DNA of 64,000 bases. Source: an uncultured delta proteobacterium (lineage in GTDB: Bacteria; Desulfobacterota; Desulfobaccia; Desulfobaccales; 0-14-0-80-60-11). Within the stretch, counting starts at the first letter, position 1, and the number at the start of each line of letters is the position of its first letter. The notes beneath the pieces were generated by a model. That model made no database searches, was not told the origin of the DNA, and saw only the letters and a list, made by a program, of their open reading frames with translations. Positions 1 through 10,998 of the stretch are shown in pieces. The translations under genes and the position numbers were made by a program. The stretch covers positions 1,696,001 through 1,760,000 of the forward strand of contig CAWETI010000003.1 in assembly GCA_963812015.1 (NCBI GenBank), read 5' to 3'.

Positions 1-1207
1 GATCTTCCCGTTCGCTATATTGGAGGACGGCCCGGTCCAAAACATTCTTCAGCCCCGTCTGGAAGAAGCTGTTCAGGTAAGCCAATATCAATACATTTTC
101 ATCGTCTTCCCCCTCAACGTCGCAATGTTGCTGCAAAATAACCCGGTCCATCGTTAAGGTGCCCGTTTTATCGGTGCACAGAACATCCATGGCCCCAAAA
201 TTCTGGATCGCATTGAGGCGTTTAACGATAACTTTCTGTCTGGACATGGCCAAGGCGCCCTTGGAGAGGCATACGGTCACGATCATGGGCAGCATCTCGG
301 GAGTCATGCCCACCGCGACCGCCATGGCGAAGAAAAAGGCCTCCTGCCAGTTATGCTTGGTAAAGCCGTTAATAAGAAAAACCAGAGGTACCATGACCGC
401 CATGAAACGGATCATCAGCCAGGTAAACTGGGTAACCCCCTTGTCGAAGCTGGTCTGCACCTCCTGACCCACTATGGCACTGGCCATGCTCCCCAAATAG
501 GTCTGCAAACCCGTCTCCGCCACTACGGCCACGCTTGTGCCGCGCTCGACGCTGGTTCCCAGGAAACAGATGTTTTTCAGTTCCAGCAGACCAACTTCCT
601 CTGTGCTTTCCTGGACTTCATGCTTCTCCACCGGAAACGATTCGCCCGTCAGACTGGCCTGGATCAAGAACAAGTCTTTGCAGGAAATGATGCGAATATC
701 TGCCGGGATCATGTCACCGGCAGCCAGATGCACCACGTCCCCCGGGACCAATTGCGCCAGGGGGATCTCGTTAGCTTGGCCATCCCGGACAACGGTGGCA
801 TTCACGCTAATCATGGCCTTAAGCTTGGCCGCGGCGTCGTCAGCCCGGGCTTCTTGGACAAACCGCAATACCACGCCCAGGACTACCATGGCTGCCATTA
901 CGGTCGCCGCCCGCAAATCGCCAGTAAGGGCCGATATTACTGCCAAAACAGAAAGCAGGATTACCAAAGGATTGACCAACGCCCGGCCCAGCAGCCGCAA
1001 CCGGCTGTGCCGCTTATCCTGGGCCACTACATTCGGTCCATATTCTTTTAACCGACGCGCCGCTTCGCCTGCGCTCAGGCCTTGACTGGAAGTCCGGAGT
1101 TTCTGAAATACCTCATCAGGCCCACAGAGACTTAATTCCAAAATTTCCGGAGAAACCTGAATCTCGGAGGGATGCCGGGGGGCCCCAAATTTTTTGGGAA
1201 TTATCAT
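1..1207 (-). CDS. mgtA: Mg2+-translocating P-type ATPase (5' part; runs off the window edge)
   Basis: Not in the ORF track; translated by hand. Starts MIIPKKFG...GLSAGEAARRLKEYGPN after a GAGGAG RBS. Contains AVGMTPEMLPMIVTVCLSKGALAMSRQKVIVKRLNAIQNFGAMDVLCTDKTGTLT (PEMLP and the DKTGT phosphorylation motif). Confidence 0.9.
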   Translation of the reverse strand, partial: MIIPKKFGAPRHPSEIQVSPEILELSLCGPDEVFQKLRTSSQGLSAGEAARRLKEYGPNVVAQDKRHSRLRLLGRALVNPLVILLSVLAVISALTGDLRAATVMAAMVVLGVVLRFVQEARADDAAAKLKAMISVNATVVRDGQANEIPLAQLVPGDVVHLAAGDMIPADIRIISCKDLFLIQASLTGESFPVEKHEVQESTEEVGLLELKNICFLGTSVERGTSVAVVAETGLQTYLGSMASAIVGQEVQTSFDKGVTQFTWLMIRFMAVMVPLVFLINGFTKHNWQEAFFFAMAVAVGMTPEMLPMIVTVCLSKGALAMSRQKVIVKRLNAIQNFGAMDVLCTDKTGTLTMDRVILQQHCDVEGEDDENVLILAYLNSFFQTGLKNVLDRAVLQYSERED

Positions 1208-1624
1208 GGTTCAGGTCTCCTCATCCTCGCCGGGATATGTTCTTAACGTTCAGAAGACGTTATCCCGAAAGAGCAATAATGATTTTAGGGCATACCATAA
1301 ATTTTTCCAGAAAAATTTTTAAGCTTTCGTTAACCGCCATCCTTGCTTTTGCCCGGATTGGCGCCCAGGCAAAATATGGGGACTTGCCCTCTAGAGAATA
1401 AATATTATCTTAAGACTGTCTGAGATAATATAATCCCATCGTGAAGGCGCGCCTGGTTGGCAAGGCCTCGCCCGGGAGACCAGAGTTTTTATTTATTAGT
1501 AGATTATTGTAGTTAAACCGATAAATACCAGCTTCCTTCAGGGCGCCGACGGTTGGCAAGACCCTGGGGCGACACGCGGGTTCATCTGCTCACGGTTATT
1601 GATCATTAAAGCGAGGGTGGAACA

Positions 1625-4600
1625 ATGGCCCTATCAGGTAAGAGACTGTTCGCCCATGTGTCCCGGGGCAGGGTGGCCGGCAGACTGGCCGTGGTAGTGA
1701 TTGTGGGGTTGGCGCTGGGTTGGCTGGCGACCGCAGGCCCGTTCGGGTCCCAGGGCCGGGCCCAGGCAAGCGCGGCCACCGGGCCCGATGCCCAGAAACA
1801 CTTTACCATCGTCAAGGTTGAACCGGATGCCGGGCGCGAAGAGGTCAGAATCTGGTTCAGTCAACCTCTGGCCCTGGAGAGCCTCCAAGGCAATCTGCGG
1901 CTGCTGCCCCGGGTCAAGATCGACTGGAACCGCAGCACCCTGAGCCCCACAGGGGTCCTGACCTTGCGGGGGGCTTTCCGGTATGGCGCCGGCTACCTCA
2001 TCAACCTGCCGGCCACCCTGAGGCTGGGAAATAAGACCTATTCCCCCACGGTCACCTCCTTTTTCCTGCCCGACCGGCCGCCCAAGGTGGATTTTGTGGG
2101 GCCTCAGAGCGTCATCGAACGGGACAGCCGGCAGTTGCTTCACGTCCGGGCTCAGAACGTCAACAACCTGAGGTTTGAAGGGATAAGGGTGCCCCCCCTC
2201 TTGCTGCCCCTGGCCCTGGCGGTGGAAAAATCTCCGGCCGACTGGGACCGTCTGTTCAGCGAGCTCACCGAGGCCTCCGTAGGGCTCAAACCCTTGCTCA
2301 ACGCACATAAGGACCTGGCCGGCTTCGTCACCCCACCCCTGAGTGAAAAGCAACTCTTTCCCGCCGCCGGCGAAAAGAACCAGCCCTGGGCCGTCACCCT
2401 GCCCCTGAGCTTTCGCCAGGGCAAGGAGACCGGGGCCCTGGAACTCATCCGGGTGCTGAACAACGAGGCCGGCAGCGACGCGGGCGCCTCGCCCCGGGTC
2501 TTTGAGATCACGGACCTGGGCCTGACCTATAAACGCGGCCATCAGAACCTCCTCATCTGGGTCACCTCCCTCCAGGCCGGCAAAACCATGGCCGAGGCCC
2601 AGGTCATCGGCTTTACCCGGGACATGGAGGTCTTTCCCCTGGGGCGCACCAACCAGGACGGGGTGCTGCTCTTTGAACGCCGGGACCTGGCGGGGATCTC
2701 CCTCAAGGACCCCAAACGCCTGGCGTCGGCAAAACGCACCGTGGACCCGGACGACCTGGTGCTGCTGATGGCCGGGACCCGGGACGACGTGGCCTTCATC
2801 CAGGTGCTGCCCCAGGGTAACCTCAAGCCCCAGGGGATCTGGCAGGTGGGGGCCGGTGAAAGTTTCCGCAACCTCAAAGGCCACGTCTTTACGGAACGGG
2901 GCGTCTACCGCCCCGGCGAAAAGGTTTACTTCAAGGGCGCGGTGCGGGAATATGCCCAGGCGCGGATTTTCCCGCCCGTGGGAGAAGTCTGCTCCTTTGA
3001 GGTCATCAGCCCCAAGGGCGAGCAGGTTTTCACCCTGGAGAGCCAGACTTCGGATTTCGGCACGGCCGCCGGGGAAATCCTGACCCAGAGTTACTGGCCC
3101 CTGGGCACCTATACCCTTAATATGACCTTTGGCCCGCAATCCTCGGATGAAACCCCCAGCCGCGCCAAGGGTCGCCGTGGCCGCGGGGATACGGAGGCCG
3201 GGGCAGGGGAGGGGGCCCCTAAAAACCAGGTGAGCGCCACCTTTCAATTGCAGGAGTTCAAGCCCCCCCGGCACTTTGTGACCATCGGGTTTCAGCAGTT
3301 CTCCCGGCCCCTGCAGGGTTTTGTCAATCGGGGCGAAGAGAAAGCTCCCTTTGTCCGCATCGCCTTCACCGGCTCGTATTATGCCGGGGGCCAGGTCAAG
3401 CACGGCCAGGTGCGCTGGAAGATTTTTCAATCCAAAACCAGCTATCAGGTCCCGGGTTATGACAACTTCACTTTCGGCTATGGCGGCGACGAGCAGGGTG
3501 AGTTGATCGAGAGCGGCGAGACCATTTTGGATGAGAAGGGCAGCGCCGAACTGGAATTTCCCCTGGATCGCCAGGTCATGAACGGCCAACACGGACTCTC
3601 GGTGCTGGCCACCGTGGTCGATTTCGACGGCCGGGCCGCCACCGAGACCAAGGTGTTCCAGGTTACCCCGGACCTCCTGGTGGGCATCAGCCGCCACCCG
3701 GAGCAGGCCCGGGCCGACGAGGACCAGGTGCTGAAAGTCATGGTGTCCAGGCCGGACGGCAAGCCCCTTTCCCGGGGAGCTGTCCGCGCTGAGATTCTGC
3801 AAAAAAGCTGGTCCTACGTGGCCAAGCGCAACACCGCCGGCGATCTCTATTGGGACGAACAGGAACTCTGGCGCAAGGCCCTGACCAGCGATCTGGCCCT
3901 GGAGAAAGGCGCCGCCGCCTTCCGCTTCAGTTTTGCCTGGGGCGGCAATTATCTGATAGCCGTTACCTATCGAGACGAAGCCGGCCGCAGCTTCACTTCG
4001 GCCACTGCTTATGACGTGATCGGCGAAAATTATGCCTACGAAAACAAGGACCGGCCCTATCAGCCCCTGCCCCTGACCGCGGACCAGGCTGCCTATAAGC
4101 CGGGGGAGACGGCCCGGCTCACGGCCCGGCCCCCCAGCCCGGTGTCCCGCTATCTGGTCACTCTGGAGCAGGATGGGGTGCTGAAATACGAGGTGATCAC
4201 CCCGAAATCGGGTGAAGACCGCCTGTCCGTTCCCATCCGGGCCGAATATGCCCCCAATCTCTATGTCTCGGTCCTGGGCCTGACCCCCCGGGGGCAATTC
4301 ACGGTGTACGCCGGCCACTACGATACCGAGGCTCCCAACTTTTACTGGGCCACCCTCAACCTGCCGGTGCGCCAGGAAGTGGAAGGCCTCCAGGTCAAGA
4401 TCAGCCCGGGAGTGACGGAGCTCAAGGCCCAACCCGGGGCCAAAGTGACCCTGGATTTCACCGTCCAGAACCCGAAGGGTGGCGGGGTGGAAGCAGAGAT
4501 GGCCGTGGCGGTGGTGGATGAAGCCGTCCTGGCCCTCACCGGTTTTAAAACTCCCACCCTGGAGTCCCTGATCCGGTTTGACCGGCCCCTGGGGGTTTTT

Positions 4601-6805
4601 ACCGGAGAACTGCGGTCGTTCCTGGTCCACCAGACCCCCTTCTATCTCTCCAAGAACGAGCCCCTGACCGGCGGCGGCGGCCTGAACGAAGGCGTGATGT
4701 CCAAACTCCGGCGTCGCTTCGAGGCGGTGGCTTATTTCAACCCCCGGGTGCTCACCGACGCCCAGGGACGGGCCCAGGTGTCCTTTACCCTCCCCGACAA
4801 CATGACCACGTACCGGATTTATACCGTGGTGCTGGACCGGGGGAGCCGTTTTGCCAGCGCCGAGCGCCCCCTGTTGGCCACCCAGGACTTTTACCTGGAA
4901 CCGGGCTTGCCCGGCTTCTTTACCCGGGGGGACACCTTTAAGTTCCAGGTGGCCGCATTCAGCGCCACCAATGCCCGGGGTCCGGTCCAGTTCAGCGCCG
5001 TCGGGGACGGGGGACTGTTTCTCGCCGCGGTGGAACAGGCAGAACCGCTCAATCCCAAGGACAGCTTAAAGCTCAGCGTCACCGGCCAGGCGGCCGCCAG
5101 CGGCCCGGCCGCGGCCCGTTTCACCGGCGCCTTCCAGGGACGGACCGACGCGGTGGAACTCAAGCTGCGGATCAACTCCGGGCACGTCCGGGACACCAAG
5201 GTGTGGTTCGGTTCTCTGGCGGAAAAGGCGGGGACTGCCGAGATCAAGGTTCCTCTCCCCGGCTACCTGACCGGGGGTGCATCCGAGAAGATTAACCCGG
5301 AAGAGGTCAAGGCGGTCCTGACCGTGGCCGGGTCGCCCTTTTTGCGGATGACCGAGGCCATCCGTTACCTGCTGGATTACCCGTATGGCTGTGTGGAGCA
5401 GACCAGTTCCGGGGTTCTGGCCCTGGCCGCCCTCCGGGGCGACATTGACAAAGGCCTGGTGTCCGGGGTGACCCTGGCCGACACCGACAAATATCTGAAC
5501 CGGGGCATCCAGCGCATCCTGGGCATGCAGACCGATTCCGGCGGCTTTGCCTACTGGCCGGGCCAGCGGGAACCCCACCTCTGGGGCTCGCTCTACGCCG
5601 CCGCGGCCTTGAGCCTGGCCCGGACCCATGGGCTCACGGTGCCGGAAGATCCCCTGAGTCAGGCCGGGGATTACCTGAAGACCCAGATCAAGGAGGAAAA
5701 ACGGTCCCCGGACGTCAAGGCCTTTGCCGGTTTTGTCCTGGCCCTCAGCGGGGCCCTGGACCGGGACACCTTCACTGCCGTCAACGCTCACTTTGCCCGG
5801 ATGAACCGGGAGAGCAAAATCCTGGTGTTGTTGGCGGCCCGAAAAGCCAACTTGCGTCCCTTGGCGGAACTCCAGGCCGCCCTGAAACCGCTCTTGGGCG
5901 GCAAAGCCAAGGCGGATGCGGATGACACCGACGAGTTCCAGGCCCGTTTCCGCACCCCGGCCCTGGCCCTGCTGGCGGGCTGCGCTATCCTGCCCAATGA
6001 TCCCCTCACCAAGGAGGAGGCGCTGCTGCTGCTGGGAGGCCTGGACGGCCAGGGCCTCTGGACCTCCACCAGCGATACCGGTTGGGCCCTGTTGGCCCTG
6101 GGAGAATACTTCAAGGGCGCCAGTTTTGGCGCCGAACCGGTTGAGATCAGCATCAGCCAGCCCGGAGCCCCCGCCGCCCAGCGCCTTAAACTGGACCCCC
6201 GGGGCTTCCGCACGGTGGGTCTGGACTCCGGGGCTTTCCTGAAGAACCCGGTGGTCAAGGTGGAGGGCCAGGCCGGCAAAACCTGGCTCTACAAGCTGGA
6301 ACTGACCGCCCCCCGTCTGGATATCGCCGCGGCCGGGGCGGCCAACGGCTTCAAGGTCCGCCGGGTCATCAATAACACCGATGGCTCAGACGTTATCAAG
6401 GTGGGGGACCTGGTGAAAGTAACCGTCTTCCTGGAGGTCGCCGGCAAGGGGCAGCGCTATGTGGTCCTGGATGACCCCCTCCCCGCGGGACTGATGGCCC
6501 TCAACACGGCCTTCAAGACCGAGGAACCCATCCCGGAGGGGGAAGAACCGGGGAATGGCGACGACTTCGATTACGTCACCCGGGAGGGGACCATCCGCTT
6601 CCGGCCCAATTATTTCGAGATCCGTGACGACCGGGTCCTGGCCTTCCGGGACCAGGTCTTCTCCGGCTCCCACCGGTTCGAGTATTACTGCCGGGCCGTG
6701 TGCGAGGGCAAGTTCATGGTGCCCGCCACCCGGGTGGCGGCCATGTACTCCCCCGGGGTGAACGGCTACTCCCCCCGGGGAGAACTCACCGTCAAGGGAC
6801 GCTGA
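1625..6805 (+). CDS. Bacterial alpha-2-macroglobulin family protein
   Basis: 1726 aa; N-terminal TM; FTERGVYRPGE (MG2), LPDNMTTYR, thioester motif YPYGCVEQ, C-terminal DPLPAGL and AMYSP; immediately followed by pbpC. Confidence 0.95.
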   Translation: MALSGKRLFAHVSRGRVAGRLAVVVIVGLALGWLATAGPFGSQGRAQASAATGPDAQKHFTIVKVEPDAGREEVRIWFSQPLALESLQGNLRLLPRVKIDWNRSTLSPTGVLTLRGAFRYGAGYLINLPATLRLGNKTYSPTVTSFFLPDRPPKVDFVGPQSVIERDSRQLLHVRAQNVNNLRFEGIRVPPLLLPLALAVEKSPADWDRLFSELTEASVGLKPLLNAHKDLAGFVTPPLSEKQLFPAAGEKNQPWAVTLPLSFRQGKETGALELIRVLNNEAGSDAGASPRVFEITDLGLTYKRGHQNLLIWVTSLQAGKTMAEAQVIGFTRDMEVFPLGRTNQDGVLLFERRDLAGISLKDPKRLASAKRTVDPDDLVLLMAGTRDDVAFIQVLPQGNLKPQGIWQVGAGESFRNLKGHVFTERGVYRPGEKVYFKGAVREYAQARIFPPVGEVCSFEVISPKGEQVFTLESQTSDFGTAAGEILTQSYWPLGTYTLNMTFGPQSSDETPSRAKGRRGRGDTEAGAGEGAPKNQVSATFQLQEFKPPRHFVTIGFQQFSRPLQGFVNRGEEKAPFVRIAFTGSYYAGGQVKHGQVRWKIFQSKTSYQVPGYDNFTFGYGGDEQGELIESGETILDEKGSAELEFPLDRQVMNGQHGLSVLATVVDFDGRAATETKVFQVTPDLLVGISRHPEQARADEDQVLKVMVSRPDGKPLSRGAVRAEILQKSWSYVAKRNTAGDLYWDEQELWRKALTSDLALEKGAAAFRFSFAWGGNYLIAVTYRDEAGRSFTSATAYDVIGENYAYENKDRPYQPLPLTADQAAYKPGETARLTARPPSPVSRYLVTLEQDGVLKYEVITPKSGEDRLSVPIRAEYAPNLYVSVLGLTPRGQFTVYAGHYDTEAPNFYWATLNLPVRQEVEGLQVKISPGVTELKAQPGAKVTLDFTVQNPKGGGVEAEMAVAVVDEAVLALTGFKTPTLESLIRFDRPLGVFTGELRSFLVHQTPFYLSKNEPLTGGGGLNEGVMSKLRRRFEAVAYFNPRVLTDAQGRAQVSFTLPDNMTTYRIYTVVLDRGSRFASAERPLLATQDFYLEPGLPGFFTRGDTFKFQVAAFSATNARGPVQFSAVGDGGLFLAAVEQAEPLNPKDSLKLSVTGQAAASGPAAARFTGAFQGRTDAVELKLRINSGHVRDTKVWFGSLAEKAGTAEIKVPLPGYLTGGASEKINPEEVKAVLTVAGSPFLRMTEAIRYLLDYPYGCVEQTSSGVLALAALRGDIDKGLVSGVTLADTDKYLNRGIQRILGMQTDSGGFAYWPGQREPHLWGSLYAAAALSLARTHGLTVPEDPLSQAGDYLKTQIKEEKRSPDVKAFAGFVLALSGALDRDTFTAVNAHFARMNRESKILVLLAARKANLRPLAELQAALKPLLGGKAKADADDTDEFQARFRTPALALLAGCAILPNDPLTKEEALLLLGGLDGQGLWTSTSDTGWALLALGEYFKGASFGAEPVEISISQPGAPAAQRLKLDPRGFRTVGLDSGAFLKNPVVKVEGQAGKTWLYKLELTAPRLDIAAAGAANGFKVRRVINNTDGSDVIKVGDLVKVTVFLEVAGKGQRYVVLDDPLPAGLMALNTAFKTEEPIPEGEEPGNGDDFDYVTREGTIRFRPNYFEIRDDRVLAFRDQVFSGSHRFEYYCRAVCEGKFMVPATRVAAMYSPGVNGYSPRGELTVKGR

Positions 6806-9210
6806 TGCTGAAGTGGCTGCCTGCAAGCCGTCTGGCCTGGTGCCTGGCTGCGGCCCTGCTCGCCCTCACCGGACTGGCCTGGCATTTTGAGGCCGCCACC
6901 CGCCTGGCCCCTGAGGCCCTAAAACCCCGGCCCGGCCCCCTGGTATTGGACCGCACGGGCCGGATACTGCGGCTGACGCCCGAGGCCCAGGGACGCAAGC
7001 TCGTCACCCTCCCCGACCAGGTCGTCCCCCCCATCGTGGCAGCGGCCTTCGTAGCCGCGGAGGACCAGAGGTTCTGGCGCCATCCGGGCATCGACCCCCT
7101 GGCCATTCTCCGGGCGGCCGCCGCCAACCTGACCCATGGCCGCATCGTGTCCGGGGCCTCCACCATCACCCAGCAGTTGGCCCGCCTCACTTACCCAGGA
7201 CCCCGCAGCTATTATCGCAAACTGGTGGAGATGGGGCGCAGTCTCAGGCTGGAGATGGCCTTGAGCAAGGACGAGATCCTGCGAAGCTACCTGGACCGGG
7301 TCCCCCTGGGCAACAACCTCATGGGGGTGGAGGCCGGGGCCGGGGCCTATTTCGGCAAAACCGCCTCCCAGTTGAGCCCGGGGGAAGCCGCCCTCCTGGC
7401 CGCCCTGGTCAAGGCCCCCGGGGCCCTGAACCCTTATGGCCCCCACCAAGCCCGCCTGTTGGCCCGGCAGCGCTGGGTTTTGGGTCGCATGGTCCGGCTG
7501 GGGTATCTCAGCCCCCAGGAATTTCAGGCCTGCCAGGCAGAGCCCGTGAAGTTCCGGGGCGACGGCCGCCACCCCCCGGGGTTCCCGTTTGAGGCCCCGC
7601 ATTTTGTCAATCTGGTCCTGGCCCGGGAGCCCGCGGCGCACCCGACTTCCCAGCGGATCAGGACGACGTTGGATCTGACCCTCCAGCGCCGGGCCCAGGC
7701 CATTGTTTATTCCCACCGGGCCCGGCTCGCCAAAGCCGGCGCTTCCCAGGCCGCGGCGGTGATTGTCGCCAACGCCTCCCGGGAGGTCCTGGCCCTGGTG
7801 GGTTCCTGCGCCTATAGTCCCCGGGACCAGGGATTTAATAACGGCGCCGCCGCCTGGCGTTCCCCCGGCTCCACCCTTAAGCCGTTCCTCTATGCCCTGG
7901 CCCTGGACCAGGGATTCACCCCCGCCTCGGTGCTGGAAGACGTGGAGCGGCGCTACTCCACCCCCCGGGGCGAGTTTGTCCCGGCCAATTTTGATCGCGT
8001 CAGCCACGGTCCCGTTTCTTTCCGCGAGGCCCTGGGCAATTCCTTGAACCTCTCGGCCGTGCACCTGCTCAACTTGATCGGGCCGGCAACCTATTACGAC
8101 ACCCTGGCCAGCCTGCACCTCATCAACCGCCCGGAATTCACCCCGGACCACTACGGCCTGGGTCTGGTGGTGGGCAACCCCGAAGTCAGCCTCCTCCAAC
8201 TGGCCGGGGCCTATGCCAGCCTGGCCAACGGCGGCAGGTTCGCCCCCCTGCGCCTGACTTTGGCGGACCCTCTCGCGGATGAGACGCCGCTCTTTTCGCC
8301 CCAGGCGGCTTTTATCATCAGCGACATCTTGAGCGACCCCATGGCCCGGGCCCGCATCTTCGGCGGCGCCGCGGCCATGAACCCGCCTTACCGGATGGCC
8401 ATCAAAACCGGGACCAGCACCAAGGCCCGGGATTTATGGACCGTAGCCTATACCCCGGAGTATACCCTGGCGGTGTGGGTGGGCAATTTCAACGGCCGCC
8501 CCACCGGCGATCTCAGCGGCGCCGGTAGCGCCGCGCCCATCGTGGCGGACCTGGCTGCGATCCTGTTTGCCTCGCATCCACCCCAGCCGTTTCTCCGGCC
8601 CGAGGGGGTCGTCAGCGCCGAGGTGTGCGCCTTCTCCGGGATGAAACCCGGGCCGGGCTGCGTCCACCGACGCCAGGAGCTGTTCCTGGCCGGCACCGAA
8701 CCCCGAAGGTTCTGTTCCTATCACCATCCCCGGGAACCCTGGCACCGCATGCCCACCAATTTTGCGGGCTGGCTGCATCAGCGCTACGAGAAAGGCGAGG
8801 CCGGGCGCTTTCGCCTGGCCGACTTCGACCAGGACTTGGGGAAAACCTTCCAGGGCCCGGTGGCCGCCGCCCCTGACGCCGGGGCCGTTTCCGGCCGCCA
8901 GGGAACCTTCTCGGGCCTTGGGGTTCAACCGCCGACCCCGGACCGCGGCCTAGCGCTTCGGGTCAGCATCAGCTACCCCCTCTCCGGGGACCGGTACCAG
9001 TTGCCGCCTCGGGCCGAAGCCATCCGGTTGACCGGGAAAGCCCTGTGCCGGGACCCGGTCAAAACCATCACCTGGTTTGTAGATGGCCGGGAAGTCGCCG
9101 CCACCGGCCCCCCCTACGAGTTGCCCCTGGAACTGCCACGGGGCCGCCACCGTCTCACTGTGGTCGGTCCCGGCGGTCAGGGCGACGTCGTAGAGGTGAC
9201 CGTCCAATGA
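6805..9210 (+). CDS. pbpC: Penicillin-binding protein 1C
   Basis: ATG overlaps the a2M stop (TGATG). Transglycosylase EDQRFWRHPGID and GASTITQQLAR; transpeptidase SPGSTLKP, SLN, KTGTS; C-terminal PBP1C domain (WFVDG). Confidence 0.93.
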   Translation: MLKWLPASRLAWCLAAALLALTGLAWHFEAATRLAPEALKPRPGPLVLDRTGRILRLTPEAQGRKLVTLPDQVVPPIVAAAFVAAEDQRFWRHPGIDPLAILRAAAANLTHGRIVSGASTITQQLARLTYPGPRSYYRKLVEMGRSLRLEMALSKDEILRSYLDRVPLGNNLMGVEAGAGAYFGKTASQLSPGEAALLAALVKAPGALNPYGPHQARLLARQRWVLGRMVRLGYLSPQEFQACQAEPVKFRGDGRHPPGFPFEAPHFVNLVLAREPAAHPTSQRIRTTLDLTLQRRAQAIVYSHRARLAKAGASQAAAVIVANASREVLALVGSCAYSPRDQGFNNGAAAWRSPGSTLKPFLYALALDQGFTPASVLEDVERRYSTPRGEFVPANFDRVSHGPVSFREALGNSLNLSAVHLLNLIGPATYYDTLASLHLINRPEFTPDHYGLGLVVGNPEVSLLQLAGAYASLANGGRFAPLRLTLADPLADETPLFSPQAAFIISDILSDPMARARIFGGAAAMNPPYRMAIKTGTSTKARDLWTVAYTPEYTLAVWVGNFNGRPTGDLSGAGSAAPIVADLAAILFASHPPQPFLRPEGVVSAEVCAFSGMKPGPGCVHRRQELFLAGTEPRRFCSYHHPREPWHRMPTNFAGWLHQRYEKGEAGRFRLADFDQDLGKTFQGPVAAAPDAGAVSGRQGTFSGLGVQPPTPDRGLALRVSISYPLSGDRYQLPPRAEAIRLTGKALCRDPVKTITWFVDGREVAATGPPYELPLELPRGRHRLTVVGPGGQGDVVEVTVQ

Positions 9211-9270
9211 CGGCCTGCCGTCCGGGGAGACTGAATCTTTTAGAGGTTTTTATCTAACGAATGAGTTTTG

Positions 9271-9297
9271 GTCGGGGCGGACCCATGGGTCCGCCCT
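9271..9297 (+). repeat. REP-like palindrome (GT[A/C]G family)
   Basis: GTCGGGGCGGACCCATGGGTCCGCCCT; related copies at 55731-55757 (reverse) and 63756-63812. Confidence 0.7.
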
Positions 9298-9323
9298 GTG
9301 GGTGGGCGCATTCCGGTCAAACC

Positions 9324-9863
9324 TTACTTTGGCACCGGGTTTTCTATCGGCTCAATGGTAAGAGGTTTCTTGAGCGTGGCGTGGAGGGATTTTTCGGCAG
9401 CCTGGGCCTCGCCCCGGGAGGCAAACGGCCCCAGCCAAACCTGATAGCGGTTGATATTCCTGGGGTCTCGCTGAATAAAGACGGGTTGTCCCTGCTTTTT
9501 TAACCTGGCCAGCATGTTGGCGGCATCCGGGTATTTTGGATAACTGCCCACCAACATACCATAGTGTTCTTTCTCCTCCGGTGGCGGAGGAATCGTCACC
9601 TTCGGGGCCGGGAGATTCGACTCCTCCAGGGGGGCAATGCCTGTGGGGGGGACCGTCTGGTCGCCGGGGAGCGCCGCCGCCGGCCCTTTGGACTCCGGGG
9701 TGGCAGGGGCTGGTTTCACTGCCGGAGCCGTCCCCCCGGTCGGCCCGGTGACGGGGCTCCGGCCGGTTGGCCACGGATTTCCCTTCAAGAAAACATACAG
9801 GACCACCAGGATGATGGCCAGTATAACCCCAACTGCCAATCCACGTCCTAAACTCTTGTTCAT
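9324..9863 (-). CDS. SPOR domain-containing membrane protein
   Basis: N-terminal TM, Pro-rich linker, C-terminal YGMLVGSY...YQVWLGPFASRGEA (SPOR pattern). Confidence 0.85.
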   Translation of the reverse strand: MNKSLGRGLAVGVILAIILVVLYVFLKGNPWPTGRSPVTGPTGGTAPAVKPAPATPESKGPAAALPGDQTVPPTGIAPLEESNLPAPKVTIPPPPEEKEHYGMLVGSYPKYPDAANMLARLKKQGQPVFIQRDPRNINRYQVWLGPFASRGEAQAAEKSLHATLKKPLTIEPIENPVPK

Positions 9864-9978
9864 GGTCCTTTGCCCCGATCCGCCAGCCCGCCCTGGGGTT
9901 TAAGAAGCTCTTGCCGTTAATGTATCATAGGGGTGCCGCCGCCGCTACTCCCGGCCTTACCAACCCGCTCCTCAGCGG

Positions 9979-10917
9979 TCAAGGCTGCGCCAGGAGTCGG
10001 CACACCTTCTCGATGTCGTCGGCTTGAGCCTCGACAATGCGATTCGCCTCGATTTTCAAGGCTGCCAGGTTGGCCGGCGACGCATCGTCCATGTCGTCGT
10101 TGGCCGTGTCCAGAGTGGTTTGGAACCGGATAAAATTATCTCCCAAAACTTGCTGCAACTGGTAATCCACCGCACTGCTGACGCCATCAAACACCACATT
10201 GAGGATGGGCAGGGCCCACTGCACTTTGCCCCAGTCCCTGGCCTCCTCATAGTGGATGGGGCGAATCAACTGGCCGGTCCCCAGCGATACGACCAGAAAA
10301 TCCCGTTCATCCGGAAAGAGACGCCGGGCCTCCGCATACGCCGACATGGCCGGATTGTTGACGAAGACCCCGCCGTCAATTAACCCCAGCTTCTTATCTC
10401 CAAGCAGCATCAAAGCAGGCTGAAAGTAAGTGGGCGCCGCCGACGTGGCCCGGGCCGCCTGGCGCATCATCGCGGACTTGGTTTCATCCCACCAACTCTT
10501 AAAAAAGAAGGGGCGGCGGGTCTCGATCTCGTAGCTGCTGACCAGCACCCTCGTAATGGCCTGCTCCAGCAGTGCGTCCCCCAAATACTCCTTCAGAATC
10601 GCTTCCAGCGGTTCTACGGGATATTTTTCTTCGGTAAGACCGGCGGCCGAACTTACCCCCTGCCACAAGGAGCGTGGGAAGATATCCGTGCCCCTTTGCA
10701 CATAAAGGTCCACCAGGTCGGTGGCCCGGTACTTCGGCGCCCCGCTGCCGCCATCCAGGTTAAGCATCAGGCTGATAATGCCGCCGGTGGAGGTGCCGGC
10801 CATGAGGTCGAACATGGACGCCACCGACCGCTTGGTCCGGTCCTCAATCGCCCTGAGAATCATGGCCGGTATAATCCCCCGGATGCCGCCGCCATCAATG
10901 GAGAGAATTTTTTTCAT
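9979..10917 (-). CDS. Patatin-like phospholipase
   Basis: DGGGIRG, GTSTG nucleophile, ATSAAPTYF and DGG motifs. Confidence 0.93.
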   Translation of the reverse strand: MKKILSIDGGGIRGIIPAMILRAIEDRTKRSVASMFDLMAGTSTGGIISLMLNLDGGSGAPKYRATDLVDLYVQRGTDIFPRSLWQGVSSAAGLTEEKYPVEPLEAILKEYLGDALLEQAITRVLVSSYEIETRRPFFFKSWWDETKSAMMRQAARATSAAPTYFQPALMLLGDKKLGLIDGGVFVNNPAMSAYAEARRLFPDERDFLVVSLGTGQLIRPIHYEEARDWGKVQWALPILNVVFDGVSSAVDYQLQQVLGDNFIRFQTTLDTANDDMDDASPANLAALKIEANRIVEAQADDIEKVCRLLAQP

Positions 10918-10998
10918 TGCTGCGGGTCTCCCGTGGTTGGATAAGAGGGTTGATGCTCAAGGCGTCTTGAGAATTTCACCAGCCGGAGTGCATTGAAC

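Noticed and set aside
159..1085. Plus-strand ORFs at the window start
   Set aside because: Shadows of the minus-strand mgtA.
1208..1624. M-box (ykoK) riboswitch upstream of mgtA
   Set aside because: A hairpin exists near 1230-1268, but the M-box consensus was not found.
1634..4630. 998-aa antisense ORF and other long shadow ORFs (e.g. 31568-33103, 18292-19758, 36693-38006)
   Set aside because: They are antisense to well-supported genes, a common artefact of high-GC codon bias, and show no motifs.
9979..10917. Patatin as a CBASS CapV effector
   Set aside because: No CD-NTase or cap2/cap3 nearby; genome-like composition; treated as a standalone patatin.
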